From Candidatus Midichloria mitochondrii IricVA (GTDB lineage Bacteria; Pseudomonadota; Alphaproteobacteria; Rickettsiales; Midichloriaceae): a DNA stretch of 32,000 nt. A program made the position numbers and the translations under genes. This document shows positions 9,301-17,666 of the stretch, in pieces; within the stretch, counting starts at the first letter, position 1; every line of letters starts with the position of its first letter. The notes below the pieces were generated by a model that saw nothing but the letters and a program-made list of their open reading frames with translations, searched no databases and was not told where the DNA came from. The stretch is taken from assembly GCF_000219355.1 (NCBI RefSeq), contig NC_015722.1:960001-992000 (forward strand), given 5' to 3'.

Positions 9301-11151
9301 ATGACGAAAAAAGCTAAATCCTCTAAAAGAGTTTGTATACGGAGAAAAGCCTCTAGAAAAGGTATTTTCTTTCGATTAAAAAGAGTTTGGCAAAACAAAA
9401 TTTTTAGGCTTTTTATAAAAAGCTCAATAGCAGGATTAATAATAGCCGCCTTTCTTATTTCCATTTTCATAATTTACTGTGCAATCGATCTTCCAGACAT
9501 TGAAAAATTATCAGAAGACAATTCTAGGCCTCATATAATAATCAGAGCAGGAACAGAAGAAATATTAGCTCATTATGGAGATATTTATTGTAGATCTTTG
9601 ACCTATGGGCAATTACCTAAAACTCTCATCGATGCTGTTTTAGCCACAGAAGATAGAAGATTTTTTGATCATGCTGGAATAGATTATTTTGGCATAATTA
9701 GAGCAGCATATAAAAATAAAATTGCTGGAAGGGTGGTCCAAGGTGGCAGCACCATTACACAACAGCTAGCAAAAATTATTTTCCTATCAGCAGAACGCAC
9801 AATCAAACGTAAGGTACAAGAGGCATTACTTGCAATTCAATTGGAAAGATTATTTTCCAAAGAGCAAATTCTCGTTATGTACTTAAACCGCGTTTTTTTA
9901 GGGCATGCCAATTACGGCGTTGATGCGGCTGCTAGAAATTATTTTGGTAAACGTACTGAAAACTTAACGCTCTATGAATCAGCGTTTATAGCCGGAATGC
10001 TTAAAGCTCCTTCTCGGTATGCGCCCCCTGGAGGCGCAGAAGTGGCATTGAATCGAGCTAAGCAAGTGCTGTCAAACATGGTAGCAGCTGGGTTTATTTC
10101 TAAAAGACAAATGGAGAACGCTGCCATACCCAATTTTATTAATAACGCACGGCCAAGCGGATTATTAGTTAATCAGTTCTTTACTGATTATATACTATCA
10201 GAATTACCTAAACTAATCCCCAATATCAAACAGGATCTAGATATACATACAACCTTTTCGTTAGAAATACAGCATAACCTTGAAAAGGCTATCACAAAAA
10301 CTTTAGAAAAAGACAATATATCTAAAAAGATACAGGTCGCCGCTATAGTAATGAATAAGAATGGGGGGATAAAAGCAATGATGGGAGGAAGGTCCTACGT
10401 ACACTCGCAATTTAATAGAGCGGTTGCTGCAAAGCGTCAACCTGGCTCAATTTTTAAATTATTTGTATACTTAGCAGCTTTAGAAAATGGTTACAGCGCT
10501 GATAGCTATATTGAAGATGAAGAGGTGAAAATTGGTAAGTGGACCCCGAGGAATTTCTCAAGGAAATATATGGGTACTGTCTCCTTAATTGATGCCTTTG
10601 CCTACTCATTAAATACTGTCGCTATCAAACTCAGTGAATCTGTAGGTCGAGAAAAAGTGATTTCTATGGCAGAAAAGCTCGGCATTGAAGACAGTTTGAA
10701 GAACTTACCAAGCCTTGCTCTGGGGACAAGCGAAGTTACTTTATTAGATCTAGTCTCTTGCTATGCAGTCATAGCTAATGATGGAATGCTGGTTAATGAT
10801 TCAAGTATACTTAATATATCAAATTCTAATAAAAAAACTATCTATCGTCTCAAGAGAGGCGGGATATTTGATAATAGCAGAGTTTTAGAAGAGAACGTAG
10901 TATCTCAAATAAAAGATATGCTAGCAGCGTCAGTGATGTATGGTACCAGCAAAAATGCTGCTGTCCCTGAACATAAAGTTTACGGTAAGACCGGAACAAG
11001 TCAGGATCACCGCGATGCATGGTTTATTGGAATTGTAGATGACTTAGTTCTTGGTATCTGGGTTGGCAACGACGATAATACTCCTATGAACCGTGTTACT
11101 GGCGGCACCTTGCCCGCTAATATATTTAAAGAATTTATGAAAATGAGGTGA
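9301..11151 (+). CDS. mrcA: class A penicillin-binding protein (transglycosylase/transpeptidase, PBP1A-like, short form)
   Basis: 616 aa. N-terminal TM anchor; GT51 motifs 'EDRRFFDHAGID' and 'GGSTITQQLAK'; transpeptidase motifs 'GSIFK' (SxxK), 'SLN' and 'KTGTS'. Confidence 0.9.
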   Translation: MTKKAKSSKRVCIRRKASRKGIFFRLKRVWQNKIFRLFIKSSIAGLIIAAFLISIFIIYCAIDLPDIEKLSEDNSRPHIIIRAGTEEILAHYGDIYCRSLTYGQLPKTLIDAVLATEDRRFFDHAGIDYFGIIRAAYKNKIAGRVVQGGSTITQQLAKIIFLSAERTIKRKVQEALLAIQLERLFSKEQILVMYLNRVFLGHANYGVDAAARNYFGKRTENLTLYESAFIAGMLKAPSRYAPPGGAEVALNRAKQVLSNMVAAGFISKRQMENAAIPNFINNARPSGLLVNQFFTDYILSELPKLIPNIKQDLDIHTTFSLEIQHNLEKAITKTLEKDNISKKIQVAAIVMNKNGGIKAMMGGRSYVHSQFNRAVAAKRQPGSIFKLFVYLAALENGYSADSYIEDEEVKIGKWTPRNFSRKYMGTVSLIDAFAYSLNTVAIKLSESVGREKVISMAEKLGIEDSLKNLPSLALGTSEVTLLDLVSCYAVIANDGMLVNDSSILNISNSNKKTIYRLKRGGIFDNSRVLEENVVSQIKDMLAASVMYGTSKNAAVPEHKVYGKTGTSQDHRDAWFIGIVDDLVLGIWVGNDDNTPMNRVTGGTLPANIFKEFMKMR

Positions 11152-11260
11152 TCTACCTACTCAATGCTATATAGAATCAACAGCGGAGAAGAGTAACGGA
11201 GTGCCTTTTATCTCAATACTGCTATAATCCGGTATAGAAATTGATTCTGGGATATGAAAC

Positions 11261-11589
11261 ATGAGTAACAAACACATCAGTAGTAATGATTTTAAAACTT
11301 TTCCTGTAGACAAAACGACGCTTATGTAAGATAAATCCCTCTTTATACATCATGTGATAGAGAGCGATAAAGAAGCAATATTAATTATTCGTCCAAGAAG
11401 GTGGGGCAAATCTTTAAACTTCGATATGCTGAAGAAGTTTTTTAATATTGAAGTTGATCAATATGGTAACAAGGTCGAGCATAATTCAAACAGAGTACTA
11501 TTTGCCGGCGGTGAAGCAGTTTTAGCGGATGGCCGCACACTAAGTAACCTCAGTTTGACGTTAAGGAGTATGCCCGTGAGCCTATTTTT
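11261..11589 (+). pseudogene. AAA-ATPase-like / PD-(D/E)XK family protein, N-terminal fragment
   Basis: The ATG at 11261 gives 'MSNKHISSNDFKTFPVDKTTLM'. An in-frame TAA follows at 11327-11329, then 'IRPRRWGKSLNFDMLKKFF...' (ORF 11354-11611). The 'VDKT...RPRR(F/W)GKSL..ML..FF' pattern is what I recall for the 'predicted AAA-ATPase' N-terminal domain family. The C-terminal two-thirds is missing and is replaced by the IS982-like remnant. Confidence 0.5.
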
Positions 11590-12460
11590 CCATGAGATAA
11601 TATTGGGTTGAAGACATAAGCCAAGAGCCCTGAGAAAGAGGTCTGTCAAGAAATTGTTTGGCGAGCGATGCCGTGGCGCTGGATTTGGCAAATCTCTTTC
11701 AATTCTCCGATGGCTGTTTCAATCAATCCACGCCCTGCAAGAAGCAGTTGTTTAAAAGCCGCAAGCGGGTTTTGTTTTTCTTAAGCCGTGTGATGAGCTC
11801 AATACCTTGATTGCTCAGTGTTTTTGCTTATATACCACCGATCTCCGAATAGAAGGCCTGTCAAATATTGAGTCAGTTTCTCGACAACGGCTCGATCATC
11901 TGTATTACCCGAAGTCAGTGTGAATGACATAATCTCTCCTTGATCATTGAGGCCAAAGAACCATCCGGGTCGACGTTTTCCCACGCTGAGCGACGCCTTT
12001 AAGGACCTTATTACGGCTAATACGTAAGTTATGACAAAACCTTCCAGCTTTTTGTTGAGTCAACGTACCTGTTTGTTTCCCTTTGCAGCAATTCAGCAGA
12101 ATGACCAACGGGATGACCGCGTCTCGCATCAGCTCAACAAAGCGATTGTAGCTGATAAGCTTCGGCAATCCCTCTCTGAGAGAGATTTGAAAACAGTTTA
12201 GGTAAAAATCTTTGAATCCGGTAATGCCCTCAAATGAAACAAAACGAGGATCGTTATAACTTCGGAAAGCATCATCCCAGACTCTCGTTCCCTTTGTCTC
12301 TGCGAGTTTCTTGAGGATCTTTGGTACGTGAGTTGTCGCTTGCAAAAATCATCAATCAAACAAAATATTTCTACTAGAGGAACCACTTTCCTTATTTATC
12401 GTGAAATTGAGAAGAACTTAATGGTTACACAGCTTCTTTGAAGCCATATCAGATAATTTC
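11590..12460 (-). mobile_element. IS982-family insertion sequence remnant (transposase pseudogene)
   Basis: Minus-strand fragments carry typical IS982 transposase signatures: 'EIFCLIDDFCK...MLSEVITILVLFH' (12198-12386), 'LPKLISYNRFVELM' (11944-12345), 'GWFFGLNDQGEIMSFTLTSGNTDDR...LFGDRWYISK' (11799-11984) and 'RHRSPNNFLTDLF' (11458-11691). The fragments are split over three frames. The ends are approximate and no clean IRs were resolved. Confidence 0.7.
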
Positions 12461-13779
12461 TTTAAAACTTACCTAAAACTGGGGTTACTTAGGATAGCCC
12501 ACCAGCACACTATCGCCAAGATTCAAAGTATAACCTTCATAACCTACTATAACTGCAGCTGAACCCTCGATAACGATCAGGTATTCACTTCTATTGTGAT
12601 GAAGTTGCAAAGATGTTCTTTAAAAAGGGGCTATTTTTAATTTTTTGATAGCAAAATTTTTTTCCTCTCTTAATTTCGTAAAATGCTCCCCCAAGGTTTA
12701 TTATTTGAAACCTCATATTTAAGGTTATAATACATGTTTTGTGTATTAGTCCGCTAGATTTATCAGCCATTAATATCGCTTCATCAGTATTTACAACTAT
12801 TACGTCATTTAATCCAATAACTGCAATGGGTTTTTGATCCGAGACAACGTAACTATTTTGTGTATCCATCAAGAGGGTGTTACCACTGCTAAAATTGCCG
12901 TATTTATCTTTTTCCGCGACTTCCCCCCCAAGCTGAATATAAACAACCTATGTCATACCATTTAACATTTGCAACAGACGTAAAGATATTATCTGATCTT
13001 TCAATAATTGCAGTGTCTATAGATATCCTTTTTTGCTCAGCTCATTTGGTAAAATATAAGTCCTATTACTAATTTCAGTAGATTTATTTAGGCTTCTTGG
13101 GATTTACTATATATTTGAGGGCATAAATTTTTCATTTCTTGTAAAAAATTAGCCACTCCAGATAAAAATATACCGCTGTTCCAGTAACAAAATTTATTTC
13201 ACCAAATCGTCAATTTTCTCTTCAGTAGGCTTCTCCACAAATCTACTCGCTTTTTGTATACTTTCAAAGTTAGCATCTTTCCCAACCTGAATATAACCAT
13301 ATCTAGTTTCTTTTCTTTGAGGATGAAGGCCAAAGATTGTAATTCTGTTGTGACTTTTGGCAGCTAGAAAGTAAATTTTATTAAACAGTTCTTGCGCATA
13401 TTCTAAATAATGATCTACTGGCATAATTAATATCACTCCTAATTCAGTGCATCACTTTTTTATTTATTAACAACGGTGGCTAAAGCAGCCGCAAATGCGC
13501 TACCATTGGCTTGCGATTCCATTATGATATGCCCTACTTCTATATTAAATTGTTTAATTTTTTCTTCAACATACGATATAAAGCATTCCTGTACTATAAT
13601 GATAGGGAGGTTAAAATACTGTGCCTCCTTTAACCTAATTAGCGTACTCTGTAGTAAAGTATAACTCATCCCAGGTAGAGATGAATTGTCTTGGTTTCGA
13701 TGGGATTAGACAAAGGCCAAAGTCTACTACCTTCGCCTCCGCACAAAATTATAGGAGTGATAGAAAAATTCTTAAGCAT
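12461..13779 (-). pseudogene. manC: mannose-1-phosphate guanylyltransferase / mannose-6-phosphate isomerase (ManC/CpsB-like), multiply disrupted
   Basis: The ATG at 13779 gives 'MLKNFSITPIILCGGEGSRLWPLS' (nucleotidyltransferase G-loop). Further pieces follow in different frames with stops between them: 'LLQSTLIRL...IIMESQANGSAFA' (13460-13669), 'IMPVDHYL...TIFGLHPQRKETRYGYIQ...FVEKP' (13194-13436), 'AVIGLNDVIVVNTDEAILMADK' (12591-12872) and the cupin 'HHNRSEYLIVIEGSAAV'. Confidence 0.75.
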
Positions 13780-13805
13780 AAAAAACTAACCTTTTCCCAA
13801 TTTAA

Positions 13806-13825
13806 TATAGAACTTTAGTTCTATA
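13806..13825. repeat. perfect 20-bp palindrome (9-bp arms, 2-nt centre)
   Basis: TATAGAACT-TT-AGTTCTATA. It lies between the flgE-like stop (13970) and the manC pseudogene start (13779). No adjacent T-run, and the function is unknown. Confidence 0.4.
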
Positions 13826-13969
13826 AAAACACACAGCCTCCAAATGCTATAATAAAAGAAAAAGATTGCAAGAAAGTTTTTTAATATTCGATTAAGATGT
13901 TAAAACAACAGCAAACAACCGATTAACATACTGTAATAAATGTTATTTGCTATTATTTAACAATTAAAA

Positions 13970-16312
13970 TTAAATCTTTCTTAAAAATTCATCAATCAGC
14001 TTATTCGCAATAGACATCGCCGTTGCATTCATTTGTCCAAACTGATTCATATCTACTATGCTCACCAGTTGGTCTGTTCCGTTCGATCCACTGTCTGCGA
14101 GTGCTTTGCTCTCAACAGTTCCCGCATAAGCTCCTGACAAACGAATTGATGGAGCTCCAGTATCACCAGTTTCTGCGTATGCACCATTTTCTCTTTGGAA
14201 ATATTGAGGGGCCTGAAAAACTGCAACAGGTATCGCATACAACATTCTGTCTTTAGCTCCATTTTTAAATTTCATATACAAATTACCTTTATCAATATAC
14301 CAGCTATCATATTCTCCAAGAGGCGAGCCATCTGTTTGGTAGGTCAAAAGGTTTTTTTGTCCTTTTAACTCCTTACTAGTTTTACCATTAATATTTATTT
14401 GAGCATGAGTTGGTGCAACTTGGGTATTATTAATCGCCCAATCAACAATCAAGTCTGAACCAAAAAGAGGAATATTAGTATTTTGGGTGCTTATTACTCC
14501 AGGATTCTCATGAAGGCCAATTGTGCTAAGTAAGCTAGGATCTCCCGTAACTGGTATTGGATTACCCGCAGCTTTTGGCTTTAATACTAAAGCAAAGCCA
14601 TTACGGCTAGGAGCTAAAGCCGCAATACAAGAGCAGTTAGCCTCCCCATTAATTGCATTCATTAATCCAATTAATGAATTAAATTCTCCAGCGTTGGCGG
14701 GAGCCGCAACATAAGTAAATGTTTGCCCCCCTATTTGAACTGCAGTGTTCGTAGTAGCCCCTAAGTCGGCACTAGGATCACTAAAATAATTTTTGGTGAT
14801 GAGATTAGCAGTTACTGGAGTACTATTTAAGTATTGACCATCTGGAGTAAAATTTAAGATACCTGCCTGCAATAAGCCATCGTCTCTATACAACTTTGAT
14901 GTTGCGTCTATCTCTCCTTTAGCAGAAACTTCCACAACCCACGCAGTAGTAGAAATTTTCTTAAAAGAAAAATTCACATCTTTTTTACCACCCTTAGAAT
15001 CAAAAAAAGAAACTCTTTCTTGATAATCAGCTCGAACTTGACCTCCAGCCATATTGTGATTTGAATCTAAATAGGAATATATCGGTTCTAAGTTACCTTG
15101 ATTGAACTTTGGTACTCCAAGAGCACCTAATATATCAATCACAGGATCTTGGTTTCTTATCTCGATCATTTCATCAACTGTACTATATAAAAACATTTTA
15201 TCTTTTGCACTTGCGGCACCTATAAAACTAGCATTAAATGAGTTTCTACTGAGAATATTTTGTAGTTGTTCTATAGTTGCAAATCTCTTTTGAGTCGCAT
15301 CTACTGACGTGATGATATTACCTGTATCAAGATTAAAATTAGCCTTGCCTCCAAATACATTTTCTAAATCTGCTGATAATGCTATAGTAATTTTACTACC
15401 ATTATCTTGCGAATAAATAAAAAGGGAAGCAGTAGTGTCATTTTTTAAAACTTTAGCTCCCAGAACTTGGCCATAGTTCTGGTTTATTCCTGTTGCTAAA
15501 ATATCTAAGGCAGCAGTATTGTCAGTGTTGGCTGGAATATCAACTTTCAATTCCCTATTCTGAACCGGCTGTGAGCCATTTTTTATCGAAAAGGTCATAG
15601 CGACTTTACTAGTATCTATAGCAGCCGCTGTGTTGCCAGGTATTTGTATGCTCCTTGTCTCAACGAAGCCACCATATTGTAAAACAAATTGTTCAGTTGT
15701 TGGAGGAGCCGACTCTAACGTAGATTTTGTAGTCCTATTTATTATTACGCCCTTATCTCTGAGAAGAGTCACCCCCGGCGATTGCACCTCTCCTAGTAAA
15801 ATTCCAGAATCCCCAGTCGCTACCGTATCAGCGTTCAGTTTAAAAGCCAAATCTATTTTGTTAGTAGCTTCGGCTTCAGAAATAGTATCTTTGTCTATTT
15901 TAATCTGCACTAGTTTAGCAGTTGACAAAACTCCACTGTCATCATAAGCATAACCCTTCAGGTACTTTCCACTGTCCTCAAGATCTCCATTTTTATTCAC
16001 TTCAAATGAGCTAGTCTTTACATAAAGGTTATTCTCTGAGCCATCTTCAGTAGTAACGACTAACATGCCATCACCCATAATTGTAATATCCCCCTCGTTA
16101 GCAGTACCAGTGAAGGTTAGTGGACTATTTACGTCTATAAAAGTTTTTGTTTCAACCCCACTTGATTTACCTGCAACAGAAGTTTCTTGCCAACTTATAC
16201 TATCAGCAAATCGTCCTGGTGTGTGATCATTTGCTAAGTTTTTGGCTAGAGTATCCATGCTTTGACTTGATTTTCTGAAGGCTTCAGATGATACGGCACC
16301 TAATATAGTCAT
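13970..16312 (-). CDS. flgE: flagellar hook protein FlgE-like (long, divergent, about 780 aa)
   Basis: N-terminus 'MTILGAVSSEAFRKSSQSMDTLAKNLANDHTPGRF' fits the rod/hook N-terminal pattern (..NIAN..T.G(Y/F)K). 'GDITIMGDGMLVV' fits DxxIxGxGFF, and 'LYVKTSSFEVNKNGDLEDSGKYLKGY' fits YTRxGxFxxDxxGxL. The C-terminus 'YAIPVAVFQAPQYFQRENGAYAETGDTGAP...GTVESKALADSGSNGTDQLVSIVDMNQFGQMNATAMSIANKLIDEFL' fits the FlgE C-terminal domain. The start is moved to the ATG at 16312, where homology begins; the upstream ATG at 16363 lies inside the predicted promoter. Confidence 0.8.
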   Translation of the reverse strand: MTILGAVSSEAFRKSSQSMDTLAKNLANDHTPGRFADSISWQETSVAGKSSGVETKTFIDVNSPLTFTGTANEGDITIMGDGMLVVTTEDGSENNLYVKTSSFEVNKNGDLEDSGKYLKGYAYDDSGVLSTAKLVQIKIDKDTISEAEATNKIDLAFKLNADTVATGDSGILLGEVQSPGVTLLRDKGVIINRTTKSTLESAPPTTEQFVLQYGGFVETRSIQIPGNTAAAIDTSKVAMTFSIKNGSQPVQNRELKVDIPANTDNTAALDILATGINQNYGQVLGAKVLKNDTTASLFIYSQDNGSKITIALSADLENVFGGKANFNLDTGNIITSVDATQKRFATIEQLQNILSRNSFNASFIGAASAKDKMFLYSTVDEMIEIRNQDPVIDILGALGVPKFNQGNLEPIYSYLDSNHNMAGGQVRADYQERVSFFDSKGGKKDVNFSFKKISTTAWVVEVSAKGEIDATSKLYRDDGLLQAGILNFTPDGQYLNSTPVTANLITKNYFSDPSADLGATTNTAVQIGGQTFTYVAAPANAGEFNSLIGLMNAINGEANCSCIAALAPSRNGFALVLKPKAAGNPIPVTGDPSLLSTIGLHENPGVISTQNTNIPLFGSDLIVDWAINNTQVAPTHAQININGKTSKELKGQKNLLTYQTDGSPLGEYDSWYIDKGNLYMKFKNGAKDRMLYAIPVAVFQAPQYFQRENGAYAETGDTGAPSIRLSGAYAGTVESKALADSGSNGTDQLVSIVDMNQFGQMNATAMSIANKLIDEFLRKI

Positions 16313-16351
16313 TTTTAAAATAATACAAAAGTTAATAACAAAATTATATAC

Positions 16352-16367
16352 AGCAAGAACCATGCCA
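16352..16367 (-). promoter_or_regulatory. candidate sigma-54 (-24/-12) promoter for the flgE-like gene
   Basis: The minus strand reads TGGCAT-GGTTC-TTGCT, against the consensus TGGCAC-N5-TTGCA. The -12 element ends 39 nt before the ATG at 16312. It is the only such match I found in the window, and by rough base-composition odds well under one is expected by chance. Confidence 0.45.
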
Positions 16368-16473
16368 ACTTTTTTTGAAAAAACATTTAATTGAACAATA
16401 TATTACTATTAATAAATTAAATATTATGGTTTATTAATGAATAAAAAATTAATAAAATTGGACGTAGGGGGAG

Positions 16474-17610
16474 ATGTTTAATTTTTTAGAGAAAGGAGTG
16501 TTTTTTTTAGATAAAAATGAGCAATTTGATTTTATAACATTTAGATTTTTTGATATTTTTGGGGCCTACCAAGACGTTACTTATTCCGCGCACTATTTTA
16601 GTGATGATTTCCTACAAAACAATGCAGTAATTGCCTCCTCTAGTAGCTTAACAGACTGCGTCAGTAACAAAAAAATTTATCTAAAGCCTAATTTAAACAC
16701 CTTTTTTCCTGATCTTTTAAGTAACGCAATTATTATTCACTGCAATATAGTAGTTAAATCACATGAAGGAGTTAATCTTTATGACAACCTAAATCATGAT
16801 CCACGATATCTTGCAAGTCGAACTGACAGTTACTTATTGAACTCTATGAAAATTGATCAAATAGCTTTTTTGATTGAACTGGAATTTTATGCCGATATAG
16901 AGGATGATCTAGAAGATGAGTTTTACAATAATTTAAAAAGTAGCTTTGAAAAATCTAATGTAGAATTAGTTTCATACCGGAAGTTGGAAGAGCCTAACAA
17001 ACGATTGGTAGGCACCTTCTCTCTTGGTATACTTAATACTGCTGATACAATTGAAAAAGTGAAATATCTATTGAAGAAGATTGGAGTTCATTATCAGGTC
17101 GTAGTGTCCTTCGAAAGCGATAAAAAACACCCAGCTAGAATTATTGTTAACCATGTCATATATCAAAACAACAGATCTATTTTTCATCTAAACAACTTTT
17201 TCACCCCTACAGAAGAGGTAACTAGGTATATTGGAGGAATTTTTTATAATTATGATCAAATAATAGATTTATCAAAAAAATTAAGACAGACTTCGGAAAA
17301 TTTAAGAAAAATTAAATTTTATTATGCAGAAGCCCTCCCTAGCTTAAAAGACCATTGTAAGGTAATGGTTAACGATCTTTATATATCAATTGATTTGCCG
17401 GCTCAGGGTGTAAATAGTTATATCTTGTTAGCAAGCTTAATAATATATGGTATTGATGGAATTTACGAAAAGATTGAGTGCAACGAATTAGATATGGGAC
17501 AAGGTATTTTAGACCAAAGCCTTGATTTTTCAAGCCCTTCTCTTACCTCTTTTAATCTTATTCATAATGTCATGGGGGAGGAAATTGTTGACCTTTATAA
17601 AAAGGTGTAA
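16474..17610 (+). CDS. glutamine synthetase-like protein, shortened and catalytically degenerate (candidate pseudoenzyme)
   Basis: 378-aa intact ORF. It matches GlnA landmarks collinearly (E. coli sequence as I recall it). 'FDFITFRFFDIFGAYQDVTYSAHYF' matches '[25 protein letters not shown]'. 'IIIHCNIV' matches 'LIIRCDIL', and 'HDPRYLASRTDSYL' matches 'RDPRSIAKRAEDYL'. 'IELEFYA' matches 'PEPEFFLF', and 'RYIGGI' matches 'YYIGGV'. 'ENLRKIKFYYAEA' matches 'NSYKRLVPGYEAP'. 'NSYILLASLIIYGIDGIYEKIE' matches '[22 protein letters not shown]'. Confidence 0.6.
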   Translation: MFNFLEKGVFFLDKNEQFDFITFRFFDIFGAYQDVTYSAHYFSDDFLQNNAVIASSSSLTDCVSNKKIYLKPNLNTFFPDLLSNAIIIHCNIVVKSHEGVNLYDNLNHDPRYLASRTDSYLLNSMKIDQIAFLIELEFYADIEDDLEDEFYNNLKSSFEKSNVELVSYRKLEEPNKRLVGTFSLGILNTADTIEKVKYLLKKIGVHYQVVVSFESDKKHPARIIVNHVIYQNNRSIFHLNNFFTPTEEVTRYIGGIFYNYDQIIDLSKKLRQTSENLRKIKFYYAEALPSLKDHCKVMVNDLYISIDLPAQGVNSYILLASLIIYGIDGIYEKIECNELDMGQGILDQSLDFSSPSLTSFNLIHNVMGEEIVDLYKKV

Positions 17611-17630
17611 GTAGAGTAAAGCCTAAGGCG

Positions 17631-17648
17631 CCCCTAAGTTAACAGGGG
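17631..17648. terminator. weak hairpin between the convergent GS-like and uvrB genes
   Basis: CCCCT-aagttaac-AGGGG (5-bp stem, 8-nt loop) in the 56-bp convergent intergenic spacer. The T-run is poor. Confidence 0.25.
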
Positions 17649-17666
17649 AGCTAGGTTCTGTAGGTT

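Noticed and set aside
14023-15947. Several 60-105 aa ORFs on both strands inside the flgE-like gene (14023-14256, 14062-14262, 14523-14714, 15102-15293, 15630-15947)
   Set aside because: All overlap the long, motif-supported FlgE frame. No independent motifs. They are the usual shadow ORFs.
16313-16363. 17-codon N-terminal extension of the flgE-like ORF (MVLAVYNFVINFCIILK)
   Set aside because: Homology to the hook/rod N-terminal domain begins exactly at the next Met (16312). The upstream ATG lies within the sigma-54-like element.
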